A DNA stretch of 64,000 nucleotides from an uncultured Actinomycetes bacterium (GCA_963725665.1 CAVRZA010000001.1:128001-192000), one strand, 5' to 3'. Counted from the stretch's first letter, positions 18,265 through 28,696 are shown. A program made the numbers and translations. Notes: a model not told the origin generated them from the sequence alone.

Positions 18265-19278
18265 TCAGTCTGCGCGGACGGTGGCGTGGGTACGCTCGCT
18301 GCGGAAGTGGCAGGCGGCTAGATGCGCCTGGGTGTGGTAGGCAGCCGGCGACGTCTCCGTCCCGGAGCCGTCCACCGGCAGAAGCCGCGGCTCATCCACG
18401 GCGCACACCGCCTCCGCCCGCGGGCAGCGCGTGTGAAAACGGCATCCGGAGGGGACGTCGATCGCGCTCGGCGGGTCGCCCTTGAGCGGCGCCTCCGGCG
18501 TACGTCCGACTTGACTGAGGCGTGGCGCCGACTTGAGCAGCACCTGGGTGTACGGCGCCCGCGGATCGCCGAAGAGAGCGTCCCTCGGCGCCGCTTCGGC
18601 GATCCGCCCCAGGTACATCACCGTCACTCTGTCGGAGAGATGGCGCACCACCGCCAGGTTGTGCGAGATGAGCAGGATGGCGAGGCCCAGCCGCTCGCGC
18701 AGCTCGGCGAACAGAGCCAGGATCGTAGCCTGCACCGAGACGTCCAGAGCGGACACCGGCTCATCGGCGACCAGCATGCGCGGCTCCACGGCCAGCGCCC
18801 GTGCGATGGCGATACGCTGACGCTGCCCCCCCGAAAACTGGTGCGGGTAGCCGTCCAAGGCCCGAGGCGGCAGACCGACGTATGCCAACAGCTCCCGGCA
18901 GCGTCCCTCGACCTGATCGCGCGGCACAAGGTGGTGTACGCGCAGCAGCTCCGTCAGCACCTGACGGACGGGCAGGCGAGGGTTCAAGGAGGTGGCGGGG
19001 TCTTGGTACACCATCTGGATCGAACGGCGCACCGCGGCCCGACGCTGCCGGCCGACAACGTTGCCGTCGAGCACGACCTCACCCTGTGTCGCCGCGAGCT
19101 CACCCGTGATGCAGCGCCCGATCGTGGTCTTGCCGCAGCCGGATTCGCCGACCAGGCCGACGATCTCGGCCGGCGCCAGGCGGAGGGAAACGCCGTCGAC
19201 GGCGCGGACCACGCCGTAACCCTTGACCGGGAAATGGACGTGAAGGTCGCGGACCTCGATCAGGGGCTCAGGGGACAC
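18265..19278 (-). CDS. ABC ATPase, OppF-like
   Basis: GESGCGKTT, FSGGQRQR, DEPVSALD, SGCRFHTRCP. Confidence 0.93.
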   Translation of the reverse strand: MSPEPLIEVRDLHVHFPVKGYGVVRAVDGVSLRLAPAEIVGLVGESGCGKTTIGRCITGELAATQGEVVLDGNVVGRQRRAAVRRSIQMVYQDPATSLNPRLPVRQVLTELLRVHHLVPRDQVEGRCRELLAYVGLPPRALDGYPHQFSGGQRQRIAIARALAVEPRMLVADEPVSALDVSVQATILALFAELRERLGLAILLISHNLAVVRHLSDRVTVMYLGRIAEAAPRDALFGDPRAPYTQVLLKSAPRLSQVGRTPEAPLKGDPPSAIDVPSGCRFHTRCPRAEAVCAVDEPRLLPVDGSGTETSPAAYHTQAHLAACHFRSERTHATVRAD

Positions 19279-20266
19279 CTGCCTCCAGTCCCTCCTTCAT
19301 GAGCTCGTCCACATACAGACAGGCGCTGGCTCGACCCGGCCCCGCCGGAGCCAGCGCCACGTCGCTGGTCTCGCACGGCGACCGCGCCAGGAAGCAACGC
19401 GGGTGGAACGCGCACCCCGTGGGCCGGTTCAGCGGATCGGGCAGGCTGCCGGGGATGGGGACGGGCGCGCTCACCTCGATGTCGAGATCCACCGCCGAGC
19501 GCAGCAACCCGATGGTGTACGGGTGCAGCGGCCGCGCGAGCAGGTCGGCCGCGCGGCCCGTCTCCACCAGGCGGCCGGCGTACATCACACAGACGTCTTC
19601 GCAGAGCTCGCCGACGAGCGCCAGCTCGTGCGTGACGAACACGATGGACAGGCCCATGCTCTCCTGAAGGTCGACGAGCAGGCGCAGGATCTGCGCCTGG
19701 ATGGTCACGTCGAGAGCGGTCGTCGGCTCGTCGCAGAGCAGCACCTTGGGCTCCGACGAGAGCGCGATGGCGATCATCACCCGCTGGCGGGTGCCGCCGG
19801 AGAGCTCGTGCGGGTAGCTGCGCATGCGGCGCTCGGCGTCGGGGATGCCGACCAGACGGAGCAGCTCGAGAGCCCTCGCATCGGCCTGGGCGCGCGACAT
19901 CCCCAGCACGCGCCGAGGCGCCTCGGCGATCTGGTAACCGCACGTCATCACCGGATCGAGCGACGTGCCGGGGTCCTGGAAGATCATCCCCAGCCGGCCG
20001 CGACGGGCGGCGGGCACGCCCTTGCCGCGGAGCGGCAACTCCACGCCCGCCGCCGTCACGCGGCCGGCCGTGGCGGCGGCGCGATCCGGCAGCAGCCCCA
20101 TGGTCGCGCGCAAGGTCAGGCTCTTGCCACACCCGGATTCGCCGACAAGCCCGACGGATTTGCCGCGCTCGACCGCGAGCGAGACGCCGTCGACGGCGCG
20201 GAACCGCTCCCGGTCGCGGGTGACCTCGACCACCAGCCCGTCGACCTGCAGTGCCGGATCGCTCAT
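19268..20266 (-). CDS. ABC ATPase, OppD-like
   Basis: Start MSDPALQV overlaps the upstream stop; [32 protein letters not shown]. Confidence 0.93.
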   Translation of the reverse strand: MSDPALQVDGLVVEVTRDRERFRAVDGVSLAVERGKSVGLVGESGCGKSLTLRATMGLLPDRAAATAGRVTAAGVELPLRGKGVPAARRGRLGMIFQDPGTSLDPVMTCGYQIAEAPRRVLGMSRAQADARALELLRLVGIPDAERRMRSYPHELSGGTRQRVMIAIALSSEPKVLLCDEPTTALDVTIQAQILRLLVDLQESMGLSIVFVTHELALVGELCEDVCVMYAGRLVETGRAADLLARPLHPYTIGLLRSAVDLDIEVSAPVPIPGSLPDPLNRPTGCAFHPRCFLARSPCETSDVALAPAGPGRASACLYVDELMKEGLEAGVP

Positions 20267-21159
20267 TCGGGACGCAGCACGTCGGCCAATCCGTCGCCGA
20301 GCAGGGAGAGGCCGATGCCGGTGATGACGACGCACAGACCGGGGATGGTCGACAGCCACCACCGCGTGGTCATGAACGGCTGGCCGTCGAAGATCATCGA
20401 TCCCCAGTCGGGGTTCGGCGCCTGGATGCCCAGGCCCAGGTACCCCAGGGTGACCACGGCGAGGATGACGAAGACGATGTCCGATGTCGCGTAGACGATG
20501 GCCTGGGTGATCGTGTTGGGCAGGATGTGCCGGCTGAGGATGCGAGGATCCGACAGGCCCCCTCCCTTGGCCGCCGATGACCAGCCAAGGCGGCCGACGA
20601 CGAGTGTGGAGCTGCGCACCGTGCGCGCGTAGGTCACCCAATCGGTCAGCGCGAAGGCGATGAAGATGCCGCGGATGCCTTTGCCTACCACGAACACCAG
20701 GGTGATGATGAGTACGTAGTAGGGGAAGGCCATGACCACGTCGATGATGCGGCTGAGCACCGTGTCGGGCCAGCCCTTGTAGTAGCCGGCCAGCGTACCT
20801 ATGGTCGTCCCGATAGTGAACGGGATGAGCACCACCAGGAAGCCCGTGGCGAGGTCGAAACGGCCTGCCCACAGCAGGCGCGACCAGACATCCCGCCCGA
20901 GCTGGTCAGTCCCCAGCCAGTGGGCCCACGAAGGGGATGCCAGGATGTCGGTGAGATTCTGCTGCAGCGGCGGGTAGCGGTCGATCCACGGTGCGAGAGC
21001 GGCGAGAAGGATGAGGACGCCGAGGATGGTCGCGCCGGCGATGAGCGAGCGGTTGCGCGCCGCTTTGCGCAACAGAGGGTGCGAGCGGACGACGAGACCC
21101 TCAAGCGCGACGGCCTGGTCGCCACCGGCGCTCGGGCTACTCACGGGACTAGCGCTCAC
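20263..21159 (-). CDS. ABC permease, OppC-like
   Basis: HWLGTDQLGRDVWSRL, HILPN, LGLGIQAPNPDWG. Confidence 0.93.
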   Translation of the reverse strand: MSASPVSSPSAGGDQAVALEGLVVRSHPLLRKAARNRSLIAGATILGVLILLAALAPWIDRYPPLQQNLTDILASPSWAHWLGTDQLGRDVWSRLLWAGRFDLATGFLVVLIPFTIGTTIGTLAGYYKGWPDTVLSRIIDVVMAFPYYVLIITLVFVVGKGIRGIFIAFALTDWVTYARTVRSSTLVVGRLGWSSAAKGGGLSDPRILSRHILPNTITQAIVYATSDIVFVILAVVTLGYLGLGIQAPNPDWGSMIFDGQPFMTTRWWLSTIPGLCVVITGIGLSLLGDGLADVLRPE

Positions 21160-22085
21160 GACAGCCGGATTCGCGGGTCGAGTCTCGCCGCCGTGAGATC
21201 GGTGACGAGATTGATGATGACCACCGACAGCGCGAGGACGAAGGTCACGCCCTGCACGACGGGGAAGTCACGGTTGCTGATCGAGGTGAGCATCAGGGTC
21301 CCGAGACCGTTGAGCTGGAACACCCTTTCGACGATCACCGTCGCGCCGATGAGGAAGGCCACATTGATCCCCAAGAGGGTGAGCGTCGGAATGATGGCGT
21401 TGCGCGCGACGTGGACGAGCAGCACGCGGTGCTCACGCAGTCCCTTTGCCCGCACGGTGGCGATGTAGTCGGCCTGGAGGACCTCGAGCATGCCGACGCG
21501 CAGGCTGCGCACCAGGAGCGGCACGATCGCCAGGGCCGACGTGAGGGCCGGCAGGATGAGCGCCTGGATGTGCTCGGGGACCGTGTCGCCCCAACCGCCC
21601 ACCGGGAACCAGCCCAGGTTCACGGCGAAGATCAGGATCAGGACCAGACCGACCCAGAACGACGGCATGCCGAGCCCGACTATGGGGACGGCGCGGATGA
21701 TGTGGTCTTCGGGTCGGTCTTTGCGGATGGCCGCGATGGTCGCCAGGGGTACGGTGATCAGGACGGCGAAGAGCGTGGCGAGGGCGACCAGCGCCATCGT
21801 CACGCCTATGCGGCTGGCGATGAGCGTGCGGGTGGGCACTTCATAGAAGAGTGAGGCGCCGGTGTCGCCGTGTGCCAGCTGCTTGAGGAAGAGCCAGAAC
21901 TGGATCCAGATCGGCTCGTCCAGCCCCCAGCGCGCGCGCAGTGCGGCGATCTGTTCCGGCGTGCCGCGGTTGCCGAGCAACGTCATCGCCGGATCGCCCG
22001 GTATCAGGCGCAGCAGGAAGAAGGTGACGATGGTGATGCCGAGGACCACCGGGATGGCCTGAGCCAGGCGGCGGACGATGTACAT
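21156..22085 (-). CDS. ABC permease, OppB-like
   Basis: LIPGDPA, MLEVLQADYIATVRAKGL, RDFPVVQG. Confidence 0.93.
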   Translation of the reverse strand: MYIVRRLAQAIPVVLGITIVTFFLLRLIPGDPAMTLLGNRGTPEQIAALRARWGLDEPIWIQFWLFLKQLAHGDTGASLFYEVPTRTLIASRIGVTMALVALATLFAVLITVPLATIAAIRKDRPEDHIIRAVPIVGLGMPSFWVGLVLILIFAVNLGWFPVGGWGDTVPEHIQALILPALTSALAIVPLLVRSLRVGMLEVLQADYIATVRAKGLREHRVLLVHVARNAIIPTLTLLGINVAFLIGATVIVERVFQLNGLGTLMLTSISNRDFPVVQGVTFVLALSVVIINLVTDLTAARLDPRIRLS

Positions 22086-22123
22086 CCGCCGCCCTCAGGC
22101 CATCCCGGTGTCAGTGGAACGCG

Positions 22124-23746
22124 TCACGCCAGCCAGACACTCTCCAGCATGTAGGCGCCAGCCGGGTTGACCGCGAAGCCGTTCACCGCGTTGCCCCAGG
22201 CGTAGATCGACGGCGGATAGGTCAGCGCCACATACGGTGCGTCCTGCGCCACCATGGCCTGGATCTGCTTGTACATCTCGCCGCGTTTCGCAGAGTCCAT
22301 CTCCCCCGCCGCCTCGCGCACCAGCTTCACGACGTCGGGGTTGTTGTAGCCGGTCCAGAACGAGTCAGAGCCGCCGTTCTCCGCATCGCACTGGAACGAG
22401 GCCATCTCGTCGGGGTCACTGATGTCGTTGATGGCGTTGTTGATCATCTGGTCGTAGTTGAACTTGCGGAAGTCGTCCTCGTAGGCCGCGTGGTCCTTCT
22501 GGTCGATGGTCGCGTTGATGCCGATCTTCTTCATGCCGTCCTGCAGGATCTGCGCCGTCTGCGCCCACACCTGGTTGCCCGTCGGGATGAGGATCTTGGT
22601 GTCAAAGCCGTTGGGATACCCGGACTTGGCGAGCTCTGCCTTGGCGGCCTCGATGTCGTAGGAGAGCAGCGGTGTGTTGGCATCGTAGTACTGCAGGCTG
22701 GGCGGGAAGAAGGATCCCCCTGCCGGTGCAGTGTTGAAGGTGGTCGCCGAGGCGATCGCCTTGGTATCGATGGTGTAGGCGATGGCGCGACGGACGTTGC
22801 GGTCGGCGTAGTACTTGACCTTCTCGTTGAAGAACACAAGGTCGACCGACCACGCCGGAAAGATGCCTACCGCGACCTTGCTGTCACCCTTCAGGGACTG
22901 CACCTGCGCCGGCGGCACGAGGTCGATGACCTGCACCCCCCCGCTCTGCACCTGCAACACGCGCTGGTTGTCGTCGAGGATGACGCGGAACACGACCTCG
23001 TCGAGGTACGGCTTGCCCGCCTGCCAGTAGTTGGTGTTGCGTTCAAGCGTGATCTCGGCTCCCTGCTGCGCCCAGGACTTGAGCTTGAACGGTCCCGTGG
23101 CGACGGGATTGGCGAAGAACTCCTTCTCCGAGAGGCCGTTGAGATCCTTGGGCAGGATCGCGTCAGAGTAGATCGAGAGGTCGGAGAGCAGCGGTGCCCA
23201 AGGCTGCGAGAGCAGGATCTTGACCGTGGACTGGTCGACCGACGTCACATCCTTGATGGCGAAGTTGAGGAAGCTCATCGACCCCGTCTTGCTCGTCCGC
23301 GCGCGGTTCAGCGACCACGCCACGTCGTCGGCCGTCATGGGCTTCCCGTCGCTGAAGGTGACATCCGGCTTGAGGGCGAGCGTGTAGGTCATGCCGTCCG
23401 CGCTGACCTCATGAGAGTCGACCAACCACGGCTGCAACACCCCCTTGGCGTCTGTGACGTACAGCGTCTCGTAGATCTTGTCGAGCGTGTACACGTTGCC
23501 GCTGCTGACCGCGACGTTGTGGGGATCCAGACCGACGGCCTGGACGGTGGGCTGGACGGCGCGACCGATGATCAGCTGGCCACCCGTCTTGGGCGAGCCG
23601 CTGGCGCTGGGGCTGGCCGACGACGATGTGGATGTGCCCCCGCAGGCCGCGGCCAGTCGCCCGAGAGCCAGCAGTCCGACCCCCGCGGCTCCGACCTTGA
23701 GTACGTCCCTGCGCGTGTACTCTTCCTTACTCCAAGACATGACCAT
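22124..23746 (-). CDS. ABC substrate-binding Tat-lipoprotein, family 5
   Basis: TRRDVLK twin-arginine motif, LAAAC lipobox, FSDGKPMTADDVAWS. Confidence 0.93.
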   Translation of the reverse strand: MVMSWSKEEYTRRDVLKVGAAGVGLLALGRLAAACGGTSTSSSASPSASGSPKTGGQLIIGRAVQPTVQAVGLDPHNVAVSSGNVYTLDKIYETLYVTDAKGVLQPWLVDSHEVSADGMTYTLALKPDVTFSDGKPMTADDVAWSLNRARTSKTGSMSFLNFAIKDVTSVDQSTVKILLSQPWAPLLSDLSIYSDAILPKDLNGLSEKEFFANPVATGPFKLKSWAQQGAEITLERNTNYWQAGKPYLDEVVFRVILDDNQRVLQVQSGGVQVIDLVPPAQVQSLKGDSKVAVGIFPAWSVDLVFFNEKVKYYADRNVRRAIAYTIDTKAIASATTFNTAPAGGSFFPPSLQYYDANTPLLSYDIEAAKAELAKSGYPNGFDTKILIPTGNQVWAQTAQILQDGMKKIGINATIDQKDHAAYEDDFRKFNYDQMINNAINDISDPDEMASFQCDAENGGSDSFWTGYNNPDVVKLVREAAGEMDSAKRGEMYKQIQAMVAQDAPYVALTYPPSIYAWGNAVNGFAVNPAGAYMLESVWLA

Positions 23747-23884
23747 CCCCTAGCGTCGCTTGTGACTCCCCAATTAAGAACTCATCGAGCACGGTCCGCT
23801 CACCGGTCTCGCCACGAGGTCTACCATCCGCGCGTGGCAAGGTCAATGGGCTTGCCCCCACCCCGTCTGTCGGCCGCACGCTAT

Positions 23885-24021
23885 CCCTAATGCATCAATG
23901 AGTCAGCATTGAGAGCGCAAAATAGACAGATTGGTATCTTACTAATGGCTTGTGCGAACGTGCAAGGGCCATACAATGGTGTCATTAGGCATTGACGGAG
24001 ATTTCACAGAACCTTTAGATT
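23885..24021. promoter_or_regulatory. AT-rich divergent promoter region with AATG/CATT inverted repeats (candidate GntR operators)
   Basis: TCAATG-N6-CATTGA at 23895-23912; CAATG-N4-CATTAG at 23974-23988; TTGACG(23992)-18 bp-TAGATT(24016). Confidence 0.5.
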
Positions 24022-24061
24022 ATGAACGGATCGACCCAACAGAATCGGGAACGGAGGACTT

Positions 24062-24856
24062 GTGATCCGAGACGCTGAGTCGTCTGTCAGCAGCGTTTCA
24101 AACGGCGGCGATTCATCATCGCGCCGTGCCTATGAGGTTCTGAGGAGAGCGTTCGTACTGTGCGAGGTCATGCCGGGGAGCCAAGTGACGGAGTCATTTC
24201 TGGCGGAGCGATATGGTCTGACTCGTGCGGCGGTGCGTGCGGCCCTCGGGAGACTGCGCCAACAGCACTGGATCGAAGCGAGCCCTAGAAAGGGTTATGT
24301 CGTTCGCCCGCTGACGCTCAAGGACATCCGGGATCTGTACGCAGTCCGTTCACTCTTAGAACCGGCGGCTGCGGAGATGGCGGCGCGCAATGCCAGTGAG
24401 TCCCAATTGGCCGAGATTGGAGAGCTGGCACGTGTGAACGCCGATGACGGTGCTGGCTATGAGGCCATCAGAGACTTCCTGGAGGTGAACACTCGATTCC
24501 ACGTGGCGGTTGCGACCGCTTCTGGGAACGAACGGATTGCGCAGATGCTCGAAGAAGTGCTCGTCGAGATGGAGAGGATGTTCCATTTCGGTCTGGCGTC
24601 CGCGAGTCGAAGCTTCGAGATGTCGCATGAGCACGGCAAGCTCGTAGATGCTCTCATGGCGGGGGATTCAGCTGCAGCCAGCGCAGCCGTGCGGGAGCAG
24701 CTAAGGACGTCGGAGAAGATGGTTGTCGACGTGGTGTTGTTGCAGAATCCCATGCTACAAAACGTGAACCTTGCGCAGGAGGCCCACATGAAGGGCTACG
24801 CCCCTGCTCGCATCGACACGGAGTACAGCCGCGAAACGGACAAGGATCGGCTGTGA
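24062..24856 (+). CDS. GntR family regulator (FCD domain)
   Basis: AYEVLRRA...PGSQVTESFLAERYGLTRAAVRAAL; NTRFHVAVATASGN; EHGKLVDAL; GGAGG RBS. Confidence 0.92.
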   Translation: MIRDAESSVSSVSNGGDSSSRRAYEVLRRAFVLCEVMPGSQVTESFLAERYGLTRAAVRAALGRLRQQHWIEASPRKGYVVRPLTLKDIRDLYAVRSLLEPAAAEMAARNASESQLAEIGELARVNADDGAGYEAIRDFLEVNTRFHVAVATASGNERIAQMLEEVLVEMERMFHFGLASASRSFEMSHEHGKLVDALMAGDSAAASAAVREQLRTSEKMVVDVVLLQNPMLQNVNLAQEAHMKGYAPARIDTEYSRETDKDRL

Positions 24857-25123
24857 CCCGGAATCGCTTCCACCCAGTCCGGCGGCCCTGGAGCGCTCAT
24901 GTGAGACAGTGCCACGGGGTCCGACCTACGAATGAGGGCATCGATCGGAGCTACACAGGCATGACCGCTTGACCCAATACGCTCGTCCCGACCATCGGTA
25001 TTCAGGTCGGGCACGGCTCTCCTCATGCTGCGGGGCCGCCGCCCAATGCGCAGCCGGAAGGGAGCTGGGGATAGGAGGCGAGCAGCAGCGAGCGAGTACT
25101 CTGCGAGACCGTCAGACCTGAAG

Positions 25124-26569
25124 GTGCATGATCGGCGCCCGGCGTACGAGGAGTTCCTCGACCGCTTTCCCGAGTATGCGGAGACGGCCAAGCTCGACGA
25201 ACTACGCATCACCGAATACGAACGCTTGGACCGCCTGGGTCACGTCTACCTCGACTACACGGGCGGAGGGCTGTTCGCGCAACGGCAGCTCCGCGAGCAT
25301 TGCCAGCTCCTCGGAGCGCATGTGCTCGGCAACCCGCATTCGCATAACCCAGCGTCGCGTGCCGCCACGGAGCTCGTCGAGGAGGCGCGCGAGGACGTTC
25401 ACCGCTTCTTCAACGCCGACCCGCGCGAGTACGAAGTCATCTTCGTATCCAATGCCAGCGGAGCACTGAAGCTTGTGGGCGAGGCGTACCCGTTCGACCG
25501 GCAGGCTGGCCTGCTACTGACCTTCGATAACCACAACTCAGTCAACGGCATGCGTGAGTTCGCCCACACGAGGGGTGCTACCACCACATACGTCCCAGTG
25601 TGCAACCCCGACTTGCGTGTCGACGGAGAGCTTCTGCAGCAGGCGCTGCGCGAGTCGCGGTCGCCCGATCCCACATCCCCTCCAACAGGGGGCCTTTTCG
25701 CCTACCCAGCGCAGTCGAACTTCAGCGGGGTGCAACACCCCCTGTCCTGGGTGAGGGACGCGCGCGCACACGGCTGGGACGTGATCCTCGACTGCGCTGC
25801 ATACGTGCCCACGAATCGCCTCGACATGCGGCGTGTGGGAGCCGACTTCGTGCCAATCTCGTTCTACAAGATGTTCGGCTACCCGACGGGTATCGGCGCC
25901 TTGATAGCCCGGCGCAAAGCGCTGTCCCGGCTGCGGCGACCGTGGTTCGCTGGCGGCACCATCACGATCGCCTCTGTGCAGAACGAGGATTGGCACCGTC
26001 TGGCGCCGGCACCTGCTGGCTTCGAGGACGGCACCCTCGATTACCTTGGCTTGCCAGCGGTGAGCATGGGGCTGCGCTACCTGGAGTCGATCGGGATGGA
26101 TACTATCCACACGCGGGTCTCGTGTCTGACCGCTTGGCTGATCGACGAGTTGTTGCGGCTGCGGCACAGCAACGGGCATCCGCTGGTACGCATCTTCGGT
26201 CCGCGGGACATGGAGGGGCGCGGCGCCACGATCGCTCTGCACCTGCTCGATCCCCGTGGCCGTCCGTACGACGTTTACGACATCGAGACAGCCGCAGGAC
26301 GCGAGCTCATCTCCATCCGCACCGGGTGCTTCTGTAACCCGGGTGACGGGGAGGTCGCCCATGAGATCACGAGTGGTGATATGGAGCCCTGCTTCCGCGA
26401 CAGCACGGCGATTGTCTCCCTGACCCAATGTCAACGGTCAATCGAGGACGCCACCGGCAAGGTGCCAAACACTATTCGTATATCGCTCGGCCTGGTCTCG
26501 AACTTCGAAGACGTCTGCCGCTTCGTGGCATTCACGGGGCGTTATCGCGACAGGCTTGAGGGTCGATGA
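25124..26569 (+). CDS. Class V PLP enzyme resembling the NifS-like domain of molybdenum cofactor sulfurase
   Basis: YLDYTGGG, GNPHS, FAYPAQSNFSG, ISFYKMFGYPTGIGAL, IRTGCFCNPG. Start uncertain (GTG 25124 chosen). Confidence 0.85.
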   Translation: MHDRRPAYEEFLDRFPEYAETAKLDELRITEYERLDRLGHVYLDYTGGGLFAQRQLREHCQLLGAHVLGNPHSHNPASRAATELVEEAREDVHRFFNADPREYEVIFVSNASGALKLVGEAYPFDRQAGLLLTFDNHNSVNGMREFAHTRGATTTYVPVCNPDLRVDGELLQQALRESRSPDPTSPPTGGLFAYPAQSNFSGVQHPLSWVRDARAHGWDVILDCAAYVPTNRLDMRRVGADFVPISFYKMFGYPTGIGALIARRKALSRLRRPWFAGGTITIASVQNEDWHRLAPAPAGFEDGTLDYLGLPAVSMGLRYLESIGMDTIHTRVSCLTAWLIDELLRLRHSNGHPLVRIFGPRDMEGRGATIALHLLDPRGRPYDVYDIETAAGRELISIRTGCFCNPGDGEVAHEITSGDMEPCFRDSTAIVSLTQCQRSIEDATGKVPNTIRISLGLVSNFEDVCRFVAFTGRYRDRLEGR

Positions 26570-26581
26570 GACCTCTCCGCG

Positions 26582-26751
26582 CGTCGGAGCCCAAGGTGGT
26601 GCTCTGCGAGAGCCGAGACCGCTCTCGACGTGACGATCCAGGCTCAGATTCAGCGCCTGCTCGTCGACCTTCAGGAGGAGGTGGGTCTGTTTCCATCGTG
26701 TTCGTCACGCACGAACTGACGTTCGTCGGCGAGCTTCTGCGAAGACGTCTG
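26582..26751 (+). pseudogene. Frameshifted, inverted copy of the Walker B-to-H-loop segment of the ATPase at 19590-19757
   Basis: cgtcggagcccaaggtg(g/c)tgctctgcga...ccgctctcgacgtgac...cgcctgctcgtcgaccttcaggag...tccatcgtgttcgtcacgcacga...ctgcgaagacgtctg matches the reverse complement of 19590-19757 with several indels. Confidence 0.85.
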
Positions 26752-26784
26752 AGCGGCATCCACTCGGAAAGCAGGTGTAGGCAG

Positions 26785-27954
26785 ATGGTACGCTCAATTG
26801 AGTTCATCATGACGGCAGGACCCGTCGAGTTGTCTGACAGGGTCCGCTCCGCTCTCGGTAGCCAGCTCCTGTTCGACTACTCGCAGCCGTTTCTCGATCT
26901 CTTCCGAGACACCGAGCAGAAGTTCAAGCAGTTCCTTAAGACCGGCAACGACATCGTCATGATGCAGGGAGAAGCGCTGCTCGGGCTTGAGGCGATATCT
27001 CTCTGCGGTCTCGACGAGGGCGATGTCGTCATCAACGTCGAGAGCGGCCACTACGGCGAGGGCAACCGCTACTTCATAGAGAAGTACGGCGGCAAGGTAG
27101 TCCCGGTCGAGACGCCGTGGAACACGGTCGCGGAGCCCGAGCAGCTCGAGGCTGTGCTCAAAGCTCACCCGGAGGCGAAGATCCTCTGGCTCGTCCACTG
27201 TGAGACGCCCTGCGGGACGCAAGCCGACCTGGAGTCTCTGGCCAAGCTGGGCAAGCAGTACGGCAAGCTGGTGTTCGTCGACTCGGTGAGCTGTGCCGGT
27301 AGCTCCCCTGTGGAGGTCGATGCCTGGGGCATCGATATTGTCTCGGTGGGGTCTCAGAAGGTACTGGGGGCGCCCCCCGGCCTGAGCGCAATGTCTATCT
27401 CGGAGGCCGCCTGGGACGTCTTCCGCGGCGTCAAGCAGCCGAATCGCTATTCGTACTTCAGCATCCTTGACTGGAAGGAGCTCTGGCTCGAGAAAGGGAT
27501 ATGGCCCTACACCGCGTCGACCACGGAAGTGGCGGCGCTGAACGCAGCGGTGAGCGAGTACCTCGAAGTCGGGCACGAGGAGCATTTCCGCAGGTACGCG
27601 GAGATTGGCCGTGCCGCTCGGGCTGGGGTCGAGGCGATGGGCCTGAAGCTGTGGCCTGATAATGCACAGCACGCCTGCAACGTCGCCACTGCGATCTCTG
27701 TGCCCGACGGTATCGACGACGAGCATCTGCGGCGGCGCATGATTGAGAAGTTCGGCGTATTGATCTCCGGCAGCCTCTTCAACACGCCTATCTACGGCAA
27801 GTTGGTGCGCTTGGGCCACATGGGCAGAACGTGCAGTCCCGCATATGGCAGCGTCGCGCTCACCGCGCTCGGCCACTGCCTCAACGAGATGGGCTGTCGC
27901 GTGGACGTAGGCGCCGGAATCGACGCCTTCCTCGCTCAACTCGATCCGGTGTGA
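26785..27954 (+). CDS. Class V aminotransferase, pyridoxamine-pyruvate / alanine-glyoxylate transaminase-like
   Basis: MTAGPV, LFDYSQPF, GEALLGLEA, HCETPCGT, GSQKVLGAPPGL, SILDWKELW, RLGHMG; closely parallels remembered PPAT motifs. Confidence 0.85.
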   Translation: MVRSIEFIMTAGPVELSDRVRSALGSQLLFDYSQPFLDLFRDTEQKFKQFLKTGNDIVMMQGEALLGLEAISLCGLDEGDVVINVESGHYGEGNRYFIEKYGGKVVPVETPWNTVAEPEQLEAVLKAHPEAKILWLVHCETPCGTQADLESLAKLGKQYGKLVFVDSVSCAGSSPVEVDAWGIDIVSVGSQKVLGAPPGLSAMSISEAAWDVFRGVKQPNRYSYFSILDWKELWLEKGIWPYTASTTEVAALNAAVSEYLEVGHEEHFRRYAEIGRAARAGVEAMGLKLWPDNAQHACNVATAISVPDGIDDEHLRRRMIEKFGVLISGSLFNTPIYGKLVRLGHMGRTCSPAYGSVALTALGHCLNEMGCRVDVGAGIDAFLAQLDPV

Positions 27955-28115
27955 GGCTAGGCGTCTACCGAGACCGCCGCGAACGAAATGCATCGAGTTC
28001 GAAGAATGGAGGGAGAATCTCGGGCACGTCCGGAGTGTGACAGTAGCCGTGCCGTCGGGCACGATCGACGTGCTGCGGAGTATCTCCTCGCTCGTGCGCC
28101 AAGCCGTTCACTCGG

Positions 28116-28296
28116 GCTAACGTCCGGCTAACGAACTGCTCGATTCAACCTGACTCTCGCTGGCACTCAGTGTCAGACCACGCCTGCTCTTCACGCTCGT
28201 GGGCGCACTCAGTGGCACTCACCGGCACGCACTAGCACGATACTCGACGCCTTTGCACGGCGGAGGCCAGGGATTCGACTCCCCTGCGGTACACCA
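28116..28296 (+). mobile_element. att-like site 2: element arm plus 3' half of tRNA-Ala(TGC) at 28248-28296
   Basis: actagcacgatactcgacgcctttgcacggcggagg is identical to 16476-16511; the remainder of the core differs at 3 positions. Confidence 0.85.
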
Positions 28297-28407
28297 CTCA
28301 TTTGCAGGGAACTCGTGCTCCGTACGGCGCAAAGAACCGTCCTGGACACCCCCTCCTACAACCCGATGACAAACAGACTGAGTGCGGCTCGGTGCGCCTC
28401 GGTGGGT

Positions 28408-28447
28408 ACGGCGGAGGTCAGACGTTCGATTGTCCTGCCGTCGATCC
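28408..28447 (+). repeat. Third, more decayed copy of the tRNA-Ala 3' core
   Basis: acggcggaggtcagacgttcgattgtcctgccgtcgatcc vs acggcggaggtcaggggttcgactcccctgcggtccacca. Confidence 0.65.
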
Positions 28448-28559
28448 CACATGTGCCCCGGGGATGGGGCTGCGTGCCCGGTCGACGGGTTCTGAGCTGC
28501 CTGCAAGACCGCGGTTCTGGCACGTCCACGACCGCGATGACCTCTCGCGCATAAAGGCG

Positions 28560-28696
28560 TAGGCTGGGTCAGAGATCCCGCAGTCCTCTGGCTTCGGTGA
28601 TCCCGCGCAGTTGGCGACAGCGTGACCGGCCTCGTGATAGGCGATGGCCATCAGGCGCAGCGCAGGACACTCGCTGTCGTCGTCCGTCGCGCTCAT
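28560..28696 (-). pseudogene. Remnant with HEAGH (M41-like zincin) motif
   Basis: MSATDDDSECPALRLMAIAYHEAGHAVA; ATG overlaps the integrase-remnant stop, then the sequence degenerates. Left boundary approximate. Confidence 0.4.

Noticed and set aside
26582-26751. DGR template/variable repeat pair with 19590-19757
   Set aside because: Differences are not adenine-specific and include indels, and no reverse transcriptase is present in the window.
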